Positions 26,101-36,149 of a stretch of 64,000 nt of DNA are shown here, one piece after another. Made by a program: the position numbers and the translations under genes. The number at the start of each line of letters is the position of its first letter. The stretch's first letter is position 1. This DNA comes from Basidiobolus meristosporus CBS 931.73 (taxonomy: Eukaryota; Fungi; Basidiobolomycota), in the NCBI GenBank assembly GCA_002104905.1, contig MCFE01000408.1, forward strand, positions 1-64,000, read 5' to 3'. The notes under the pieces were generated by a model. It ran no database searches and was not told where the DNA came from. It saw nothing but the letters and a program-made list of their open reading frames with translations.

Positions 26101-27728
26101 GAGCTCCCAATATGTTGTCTAGATTGTTTGCCATATGAACATCCCTTACAAATATTCAACTTGACTAGAATAGAGTAATATAGGTCCAAAACAAGTTGAT
26201 ATCTTACTAATTGGCTCATTTTCTGTTTCCCATTGTGTCCTTGCCTCCTGTACCACATCTTCCAGTGAGTGTCATCAGTTTCTGCAATGTTGACATACCC
26301 AGGTACAATGATCTTGCATTGTAACATGTATATACTGTTTTCTCTGATTCCCAAAGCTAATTTTAGTCCATATCCACTCAATATTGCGCAGCCCAGCTTA
26401 GTAAAAGCAAATTTTAGTCCCTGAGTAGTTGCTTTACTGACTAAGCATAAGTTCTTAGCTACTCCAGGCACATTGAGTAGGTTGGTCAATTATACTGTTG
26501 TTGCCCCTGAGATATCACTCATATTTAGCTGTATAGACCCACAGGCAGTAGCTTCCAGTGAAGAGTTGTCTCCCAGATTAACCTTTCTTACAGAAACAGT
26601 TTTTAAGTTGCTGAACCACTCCTTTATACTGCAAATATGCTGCAATGCACAAGAGTCAAAATACCATTCATTAATTTGGCTACTTACACTCTCTTGTACC
26701 GTTGCAAATAACTGCTCATCAGTAGTTGCATGGTTTGCCTGCTCTAGTTTCTGTTTCTTGACCGCTTGTTTCTTCTTGCATTCTCTTGCCCAGTATCATG
26801 ACTTCTTGCAGTAGTTACAGCAACCAGGTTTTCTTCAGTTTTGTTGCTTTCCCTTTTTTTTGTGTGCCTTTCTGAGCTGAATAAAGTATTATCTTCAATT
26901 CTCCCTGCTTGATTGTTACTTCTGAGTACTTCATGGGAAAGTCTTCCTTTGATATAGTCTAAAGTCAGATTGTCTTCTCTGCTTTCATAAGAAAATATGA
27001 GTGGCTCCTACTTGTATAGTAAGCTGCTAACCAGGCAGATTATTATTTTGTCATCATCTATACCAGCTTTATTACTGTATATTTCTTCTGAAAGTGTCTC
27101 CATTTGGTGATGAGTTGTAGCATGTCATCATATGGCTTCTCCCTCATGTAGAGGAACTTTTATTTCAAATAAAGCTTGCTTGAAACTGAATTTGCTCTAA
27201 AGATCTTCTCCAAGGCTTCCCATGCTGTTTTGGCAGTATTTGAAGCGTGAATTAGTCCAATGGAGGAATTTTGCATCTTGATACATATGGCATTAAAGGC
27301 TCTTCTCTTCTTTTCTTGAAGCTTCTCCACTTCTTCTGCTGCTGTTTTGGGCTCAACATCTCTTCCTGTTACTAAGTTCCAAATCATTCTTTGCTCAAGG
27401 TGGATCTGCATCTTTATTCTCCAAAGTCTTTAGTTTTTCCCATCAAATCTCTCCTTTACAGGCAAGATGTTTATATAGTTCTGTTTGCTGGTAGATGTCA
27501 TCCCTTGAATAGATAAAGGCAATTGGGGCTCATAACCTGTTGCAATTTATGAAGTGATTTGGATATAGAAACTTATCAAGAAATAGTGATAATTGTTGAG
27601 CTTTTGTTTATTCATAAGGAGGCTCATTATTTATACCTCTGTAGAAGCAATATAACTGTAACACCAGGTAAGGAGAGCTTCTCAGCACCCAAGAGAATTC
27701 TGTAGCAGTTTCAAGGTTAGTAGATAAT
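23169..27728 (-). mobile_element. Ty1/copia family B element (B2), degenerate; 5' LTR truncated by a DNA transposon
   Basis: 3' LTR 23169-23537 (369 bp), PPT TGAGGGGGAG (23538-47 on minus), RNase H, RT (YKARLVARGYSQ), integrase (VHSDICGP), gag, PBS GGTTATGAGCCCC (27525-27537), partial 5' LTR 27538-27728. Confidence 0.92.
23620..23829. mobile_element. 210-bp MITE derived from the PIF/Harbinger-ISL2EU-like element
   Basis: Perfect 13-bp TIR AGACTTGTTCCAT/ATGGAACAAGTCT; 3-bp TSD AAT (23617-19, 23830-32); subterminal GTGCCA/TGGCAC repeats; removal restores the copia RNase H sequence seen at ~3690. Confidence 0.88.
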
Positions 27729-28371
27729 AAACTTGTACCATTGGATAGTGCCACAGAGTGCTAGCCTGTGTATGGTGCCAGATTGATCTGGCACTCTATG
27801 GCACTATCCAGCACTAAAATATCTACCATAATGCCAGGGGTAGGATATAGTAACTGATAACTTTACTTGATCTTACTTATGTTGCTCAGAATAGTGCTTT
27901 CTGTGCTTTATTTACTCTTCATAATGCTCAGGACACATTTCTCTCAGTGGATGTCTTCTTGTATAGATAGACTTTGCATTAATAAGTATCTTGACTATTT
28001 TACCTATTCTGCTGTTTTCTCCTATATGCAACTTTCCTCTGTATTTACCAGCCAATATGCTGAATCTCTTCAGATATCCAAATGTATGCTCTACCCTCAA
28101 TCTGAAATGATTCAGTATCTCATTGTAGAGCTTCTGCTTCATACTAAGCACACCATTTCCTGGCTTCCCATCAGCTGTAACACATCCTAATTGCTAACAA
28201 TTCCCTCCTATATAAGCTAAGTCTGCCATACATTTATCCCCTCTACTGAATTATGAATGATTCTCCACCCAGAGTGCTTTGACATGCCTGCTTCCAGCAA
28301 ATGGCCCACCAAGCCAGATGATGTTACCCTCAATGTCAGATAGTGCTTGAAGCTTTACACAGTGTGCCTTG

Positions 28372-28757
28372 TGTGAGTACTCAATGTAGTACCCACTCTT
28401 TGCCCAAGAGTTCTCCCAAGAGTTCCCTCCAGAGTCCTACCCAAAGTCCTCCAGTACCCTCCCTATGATTCCCCAACGCGTCCTCCCCTCCTATCCCTGC
28501 CCTTATCTAGTTAGAACACTTACCATAACAGGAAGGTGTTCACACCCCTATTTTATGACACATTATCTATTGTCTAAGCCCCCCAAGTGATATATATATC
28601 TACCCAATTGAACCAGGAAGAACAACAAGATTTGGACGAAATAAACAGAAGTCTTTATTACCTTGCTACCTTCTATCGGAAGCTATTCTGAACCAAGTGG
28701 TACTGACTTGACCTACAAGCTCTCCCACTCACCAAGTACAGTCAGTAATAACCCACA
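28372..28757 (+). repeat. 5' LTR of gypsy A
   Basis: Direct repeat of 34758-35143; contains GATATATATAT TATA-like tract and an AATAAA. Confidence 0.97.
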
Positions 28758-28761
28758 TATT

Positions 28762-28770
28762 TGGTGCCGT
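28762..28770 (+). promoter_or_regulatory. Primer-binding site of gypsy A (tRNA 3' end ...ACGGCACCA; His-type by inference)
   Basis: TGGTGCCGT 4 nt downstream of the 5' LTR; TGG complements the tRNA CCA end. Confidence 0.6.
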
Positions 28771-28798
28771 CTCTGCGGAAATAAGCACAAGTGAGGTA

Positions 28799-29671
28799 AT
28801 GACTACTACAATCAAACTAAAAACATACAAGGGAAAGAGAGAGAAAGCCCTTGAGTGGTTCGATAAGTTTGAGAGAGTTGCGGTTGATGCAGGATGGGAC
28901 AACGATAAGAAAGTAAGAGAGTTCGCAAGACATATGGAAGGGTCAGCATGGCAATGGCATTATGGGTTGGAAGACGCAGTCAAAGACAACTGGGATGCAC
29001 TAGAAGAAGCCTACAAGACACGCTTTCTATATGCCAAAGGATACCACTACGAAGCCCTTCTACTGTCCTCGCGGAAGAAAAGCAGTGAAAGCTATGAAGC
29101 CTACACTGAACTGTTTCTCCAACGAGTTTGATGTCTCCCGAAGGACAAAATCGCCGAACAACAGCTCATGAGGTATTACATCATGGGCTTAGACAACGAA
29201 ATAAGACGTAGGGCGTCCGAAGAACAACAGGGATGTAAAACGTTGCAAGAGTTGGTCAAACGAGTACGAGGGGTCATCTTGCTATGGGGGCTACCCTATA
29301 GTGATACAAATGATCAAAGGACAGGGATCCCCTGTAAGAAAGGAAAAATCGCCTCCCCAAAAGACCGTGAGTTAGAGGAATTACGGCGAAAGGTCCAAGA
29401 ACTCTCGATCAACAATGTCCAAGAAGTCCCCAAAGAAGGTGATAAACTCTGGGAAGCTGTCGTAGATCTAAAGGCCCAGGTTCAAGTCCTGACCCAACAG
29501 ATGGAACAACCGCGACAACAGTATCCGTGTTATGTGTGTGGAGAAGTAGGTCACCGGGCCCATGAATGTGAAAAACGGTACGGAAGAGAAGCCGTACCAA
29601 ACACAAAAGAGAAGAAGGCGTCAAAAGACAGAGTCCCTCGCCAGGAGGCCAACGGGACTCAGTCAATCTAA
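28799..29671 (+). pseudogene. gag: Gag of gypsy A (one in-frame TGA at 29129-31)
   Basis: ORFs 28799-29131 and 29168-29671 are in the same frame; EWFDKFERVA..GW..., HMEGSAWQW capsid motifs; CYVCGEVGHRAHEC zinc knuckle. Confidence 0.9.
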
Positions 29672-32600
29672 GCCCTCCGGTCAGGACAATCGAAGTGCGG
29701 AAGAAGAAGCGTCAACATGATGCTTCTAGAGAGGAGGCAAGGGAACCTGTAGTAGAGGTTCCGTCAAAAGGAAAGAGCGCGGAATTAGGTGAAGAAGTAC
29801 GGAATGAACCTTGGGAAGAAGTGTTAAAGCGAACGAAGAACGCTAGCACGTCTTCCCATGGCCTATTCCCCATAATGAAGGTACTAGAGCAAACCAAGGC
29901 AACCCTCCCAATAACCAATTTACTGGGACTGGCCCCGGCTCTAGTCAAGGAACTGATAGAGGGATTGAAGGAGATAACAACCCTCCATGTCAACCAGACG
30001 GTCCTGCAAAAACCGAATAAAGGTACATACGTAAAGGTACGTATAGAGAATAAGGAGATTCTTGCCCTTATCGACACAGGATCCTCTACGTTGATCATGT
30101 CAGAGTCATTAGCAAAATGTCTAAAACTAAATATAGTCCCCAACGACACCATTCGAGTACGGCTAGCAAATGACCTACTGGATACAACGGTAGGTGTGGT
30201 GCCTAATTGCCCCATTTGGCTAGGCAACTTGATAATACGCCAAGATGTCGTGGTCCTACCCGTCGCAGCCAACAACTTACTCATTGGCAAGAGTTGGTTT
30301 ATCCAACATAAGATGGATATACTTTACAGTGCATCTGAACTCAGGTGGGATACCGAGAGTATCCCACTGATTCATATCACCGATGAGAGCGAGGCGCGTA
30401 GCAACAGTGTGACGATCGAAGAGGTGAAACCGTCGCAGTCTCCGATCATCACACAAAAGGTGATAAAAATACCACCCGCCAGTGAGACGGTGATCTCATT
30501 AGAAACACCAATAGCTTATTCAACGAGCGGAAGAATGATAACCGCAGCGAAAGCATCCGAGCAACTGGAAGGAATCTCGATCCCTAAAGTATGGATACCA
30601 CCAAAATTTGAAACGCAAAGCCTGAAATGCTTAGTGGTTAACAACGGGCGACACACAGTGACATTGCCTAGAGGAGTGCCATTGTTAAACTTAGAGGAAG
30701 TTGACCGAAACAACCAAGGACCACCTCCAAACGAAGAACCAGAAGAAGAACTCCCCGAACTAGATGTGGACCCCAGTCTACCGCCTACGTTACAAGACAA
30801 ATTCCTAGAAGGAATACGTCCGCTTGCCCGAGTATTCTCTAAGAACCAAGTAATTGGTCATATACCTGGGGTATATCACCAAATCCACCTCGCCGACAAA
30901 TACCCCATCAAGCAAAAAGCCTATAGGAATTCAAAAATTGACACAGACTATATCAAAGAGACGATTGAAACTTTATTAAAAGACAACATCATTACAGAGA
31001 GCCAGTCTCCGTGGGCCTCCCCCGTAGTGATAGTCCCGAAGAAAGACGGAAAGCGACGCTTTTGCATTGACTACCGGAAATTGAGCGCCGTCACCCGGAA
31101 GGATGTGTATCCGCTACTGCAAATAGACAACCTGTTGGACAGATTAATCGGAGCTAAATATTTTAGCTCTCTTGACTTAATCTCCGGGTATTGGCAAGTA
31201 GAAGTAGCCCCGGAAGATCGACCCAAAACCGCTTTTATAACATCGTTTGGATTATACAAATGGAACCGACTACCCTTTGGCTTGTGCAATGCCCCCGCTA
31301 CATTCCAAAGGATGATCAACAAGGTGCTAGGAAATCTATGATGGGAATGCGCCCTCGTGTATCTTGACGACATCACAATATATTCACCCAATGTAGAAGA
31401 ACATATACACGACGTGCAACGTATCCTGACAGCCCTCCTTGAGAACCGACTCAAACTACATCCCAAGAAGTGCCATTTCCTGTATACGAAATTGTTGTTC
31501 CTGGGCCACAAGATCTCAGCAGATGGAATATACCCATCTACGTCACTCCTGAAAGCCGTTCAAAATGCACCTGCACCAAAGGACATTAATGCAGTGTTGG
31601 GATTCCTAGGATTAGCCGGTTGCTATCGCCGCTTTGTCAAAAACTTCGTGACGATAGCAGCCCCCCTATACAAATTGACGCAAAAGGGCCAGTGTTTTGT
31701 ATGGTCGGAGCCTCAAAAGAGAGCATTCGATCAGCTGAAACATTCCCTGACGTCACCGCCAGTGTTACGATTTCCCAATTGGGATGCGAGATTTTTTATT
31801 AACTGTGATGGAAGCCTCACCGGTATAGGCACCGTACTGGGACAATACCACCAACCCGGCAAATTCCACCCGATCGGTTACGTGAGCCGTTTGCTAAACA
31901 AACACAAACGCCACTACCCCGTTACCGAGATAGAATGTCTGGCTGTTGTTTATTCAATTAAACAATTCCATACATACATACATGGTCGCCAATTCACGAT
32001 AGTAACGGACCACAGCGCACTGGTCTGGCTGATGAAAACTAAAGACTTTACCGGCCGATTAGCATGTTGGGCCCTACGACTACAGCAATACGACTTTGAA
32101 ATAATTCACCGCGCTGGCAAGAAACACCAGGACGCAGACTTCCTCAGTCGCTATCCCGTTTGCCAAATACATGTCAGTGATGAGTACGAGGACGTAATCT
32201 GCTTTAAAAAGAAAGGGAGGTATCCCAAACACATTGTTACAAACAAACAGAAGAGAGAATTTCAAAGGAAATGGTGTCAGTACAAAGTACAAGAAAATCG
32301 ACTATGGTTCCTCCAAGGACAGTCCAGAGCCAAGGTACCCCCACTAGCAGCCCGTGAAGAAATCATACAAGAAAGACATATGTCATTAGGACACGCTAAC
32401 CCCCTAACAACCTATAAGATGTTAAGAAAAACGTTTTATTGGCGAAAAATGATGACCGACGTTACGAATACGTTACAAAGATGCACCACTTGCAAAAGAT
32501 TCAACCGGAGTCAGAAGATAGGGACAACCGCACCAATACCGGTTGACCTGCCCTTCCACCAAGTAGGGATTGACTTCGTTGGCCCCTTTATGAAAACAAA

Positions 32601-33414
32601 GAAAGGAGAACAATACATAATAATCGCTACCAATTATTTCTCAAAGTGGGTAGAAGCCCAAGCCGTCCGCAATAAAGATCAGAAAACAACCGCCCAATTC
32701 ATTCTAGAACACCTCATCTGCCGACACGGATATCCTCAGATACTCCTGTCCGACAATGGTGGTTCCTTCCTGAACAACACCGTGGCCCACCTGTGCGAAA
32801 TGATTGGCGTGAAACAAGTCTTCACCGCCGTGTATCACCCCCAGACTAACGGATTAACCAAGAGGATGAACCAGACGTGTTGCCGCATCCTGGAGAAGCT
32901 TCACTGGGAACTTCCCCAATCATGGGCCGAGCTGCTCCCACTGACACTCCTAGCAATGCGCACCACACCAAATAAAACGACGGGTTTCTCCCCATATGAG
33001 ATCCTATATGGACGAAGACCCAAGTGGCGGGAGGAAGCTGGATTAACGATGGAAGGTGTCCCCCTGACGACACATAACGACTATATAGAAAGGTTGATAC
33101 ACCGTATCGCCCACCTATACATAAAAGTATTCAAAAATGTCGACAAGCACCTTCCCCCTCCACCCAAAAATGAGAAACTAACAAGACAAAAGTGGAAACC
33201 AGGCGATAAGGTGTGGTACAACCAAACCGTTGCAGGCCTCAAGTTCCGCCCACAATTTACACCCTGATGGATTGGCCCATGCACCGTTATCAGTTTGGAC
33301 CACGGACCAAAGTACACCATCACCCTGAATAATAAGACAATCAGCAACGTAGCGCCAGCCCATCTGAAACCGTTTCATGATGATCCACCGATCATCACTG
33401 AGACCAAAGTGTGA
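29572..33414 (+). pseudogene. pol: Pol of gypsy A (protease, RT, RNase H, integrase); in-frame TGAs at 31339 and 33265
   Basis: ALIDTGSS protease; RFCIDYRKL, LPFGLCNAPATFQR and VYLDD RT; CDGS..ECLAV..TDH..ADFLSR RNase H; H-H-C-C finger, GIDF/SDNG integrase core; P*WIGP and GPY/F-like tail ending 33414. Frame is -1 relative to gag. Confidence 0.93.
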
Positions 33415-33543
33415 TTAAACAATTATCAGGACAAGGATAGAGGAAGACACGGGATACATTTGAAGTTTATTAGAGGAGATTTTAGTTGATATAGGTACAA
33501 ATAATATGCGCGAGGGAGTTTGCCCAAAGGGGAGAACAAAAGA

Positions 33544-34713
33544 ATGCATATGGAAGGCGCCGAAGGAAACAGTTCACCCAAAACTGGCGATACCCCTCCC
33601 ACTAGCGAGAACCAAGATGATATTGAAAACAAAACCGACCTGCAAGTGTTAAGAGATATGGTACGAGTGTTACGTACGACGAGAGCCACCTATGAAGAGT
33701 CGTTTGCCGGAGCAGTCACGCTAATACAAGACACAATCAGAGAGGGACGAGACAAGTTACCCACGCCGATACAAAGCATGGAGATACTACCTGAGAAGAC
33801 TGTGTACCACCTAAGAGGAGGTTCCTTGATCATTAAGGAGAAGGACGCCGCGCTGATTCCCGTATCCATACTGGACACAGTCAGACAGAAGACACAAGGA
33901 ATCAACTGTTGCGCCCTCACGAGACCTCGAGAGCCCCCCTGTTTTGTTGCATACTTGCCATTAATAGGTACCACGGTTGTTGAGGTATACGCAGACCTGG
34001 TACGGGCTGCAAGAGCACCAGAAGTAGAACTCCTGATTGAAGGACTCCTCCAAGAAATTCGCAAACATCTCAAACCACATTTCCAAGAAGGAACCATCTT
34101 AGAGAAGATATGCGAACGGATTAAATACACCGGCCAGTTAACCCATGCAATCCACCGAGTTGCTGTGTTACAACTATTACAGTGGTTTACCATAGGACAA
34201 CTCAGGAATCAGTACAAAATCCAACTCCAAGAAGCCGAAGAAACCGCTGCGGATTCAGTAGAAACCATGAGGTGAGTACGAAAGCGCCTCGATCGTGCCA
34301 CAGTTTCTACGGAAGAACTACAATACGTCTTGGAAGAAGCAAAAACTTGTTATCAACAACGGGTGACTGCCGACCAGGTGTACGCCCTCTTCAAAAGGTC
34401 CCCTGCCGTCATATTGAACACAAAAAGGACAAGCCCTGATAACGTTTGCAAGATAAAGAAGCAAGACTTTATCGCGCTATTGCACCTTTTCTCGTTCTCC
34501 GACCCTCCCAAGGAACTTACCCAGAACCCTATGGTTTGCCAACTATTTGGCTCTGTGGAAAACATCCCTCAAGCAACACAGGCTGCACCCCACTCTGCCG
34601 CCGAATGGTATCAGGTACTTGCCCGCGATCCCCTCGCAAGTGACAACCAGCAATGGTACTATGGTAACTCCCCATGCTCCGTAAACGAAATCAATCCTGG
34701 AGAAGCAAGTTAG
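33544..34713 (+). CDS. Extra ORF (ORF3) of gypsy A, ~390 codons, unknown function, one in-frame TGA at 34273-75
   Basis: ORFs 33520-34275 and 34330-34713 share a frame and the intervening codons are open (VRKRLDRATVSTEELQYV); sense strand, between integrase and the 3' LTR; no recognisable motif, signal peptide or TM helix. Confidence 0.75.
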
Positions 34714-34757
34714 TCAAAGAACTTCGAGGACAAAGCTCCCACTTAACCCCCGGGATA

Positions 34758-35143
34758 TGTGAGTACTCAATGTAGTACCCACTCTTCGCCCAAGAGTTCT
34801 CCCAAGAGTTCCCTCCAGAGTCCTACCCGAAGTCCTCCAGTACCCTCCCTATGATTCCCCCATGCGTCCTCCCCTCCTATCCCTGCCCTTATCTAGTTAG
34901 AACACTTACCATAACAGGAAGGTGTTCACACCCCTATTTTATAACACATTGTCTATTGTCTAAGCCCCCCAAGTGATATATATATCTACCCAATTGAACC
35001 AGGAAGAACAACAAGATTTGGACGAAATAAACAGAAGTCTTTATTACCTTGCTACCTTCTATTGGAAGCTATTCTGAACCAAGTGGTACTGACTTGACCT
35101 ACAAGCTCTCCCACTCACCAAGTACAGTCAGTAATAACCCACA
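34758..35143 (+). repeat. 3' LTR of gypsy A
   Basis: Direct repeat of 28372-28757, followed by TSD CCTTG. Confidence 0.97.
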
Positions 35144-36149
35144 CCTTGTACTTGCCAGAGTAAAAGTGCCTCTGCCCTCTAGAAGGTCTGTTAATCCTGA
35201 CTGGGAAGGTATCTAAAATACTCTATATATGGAACCTGTTGCTGAACACTCTGGGATATGGAGGTCTATTGGAGTTTCTGAACCTGGTATTTCAAGCTGG
35301 CTCTAAGTCATTCATACCCTCTGCAAGGTGGTTCTCCATTGCTGTCAGCTGGGAATGAAAGCTTCTATGAGTTTTGCTGCCATGGATGGTGGGATGAGAC
35401 CTTGTAGGGCAATAGGTCTTGTAATAGCTGAGATGCTTAAGAGTAGATTAGGGTAGATGGTCCACAGTACTTGGTATAGATCTTCTCTAATGTGTCAAAA
35501 GGAAACCCAGTGGTAGTAATGGGATTGATGAGAAAAGACTGTTCAGATGAGTAAGTCAAATTAAAATTGTTGGGTGATTGGGCTGAGGTGATATGAATTG
35601 ATTTGGCGCAATCAGGCTTATGTATCTGATTTTCCATGCATTATAATTCAATCTCCATTGATTGCCATGTATGGCATCATTATGTTGCAAAAAATCATCC
35701 GCAAACAATGACTTGGTATTTTTAGCAATGCTTTACTCACAAGTCTATAGTCAAATAAGAAATCTGCAATTGACATGATCTGATCTGTGTTAATGCAATC
35801 TAAGATTCATCATGCATAGTATATGAATAATTCAACAATCACATTAGTTATCATAGATATTTCATACAAGACCAGGTTGATGTCAATACACTACTGTGCA
35901 AGTATTCAAATCCATCACTATGGTCCCTGTGCCAAGTCTCAACTCAGCTTTAGTACAACCCAGACAAAACCCATCCCCCAGCTCACAAACATGGTTCAGA
36001 CTGGAGAAGTCAATATCAGATCCATTTGAGTTCTTGGCAAATGACTTTAGTATGGCTCAAGTGTCTATGATGAGCCTTCATACAGATATTTGGGTACTGC
36101 TCATTAATCTAGCAGAACTAGATACCTCCAGAGACACATCAATTCTGAT

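Larger units (their letters stand above)
28372..35143 (+). mobile_element. Ty3/gypsy family A element, structurally complete and young, with an extra 3' ORF
   Basis: 386-bp LTRs (28372-28757, 34758-35143; TGTGAG...CCCACA) differing at 7 sites by eye; 5-bp TSD CCTTG (28367-71, 35144-48); PBS TGGTGCCGT (28762-70); gag-PR-RT-RH-IN order. Confidence 0.97.
27729..35640 (-). mobile_element. PIF/Harbinger-ISL2EU (PHIS; DDE_Tnp_4, IS5-like) DNA transposon, split by gypsy A; far end not located
   Basis: End AAACTTGTACCAT preceded by AAT, with TGGCAC subterminal repeats. Transposase reconstructed across the gypsy TSD: ILDTFPVRINRPS..QRHFYSGKYKAHCVKLQ..GNIIWLGGPFAGSRH..ADLAY..KLYN..RLRVEHTFGYLKRF, with all three DDE residues visible. 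Confidence 0.82.

Noticed and set aside
29712-34193. Long antisense ORFs inside gypsy A (29712-30290, 31071-31511, 33690-34193 etc.)
   Set aside because: Shadow frames of gag/pol/ORF3 with no independent motifs.
33544-34713. Interpreting gypsy A ORF3 as an envelope gene
   Set aside because: No N-terminal signal peptide, no hydrophobic TM segment and no fusion-peptide or furin-site pattern are visible.
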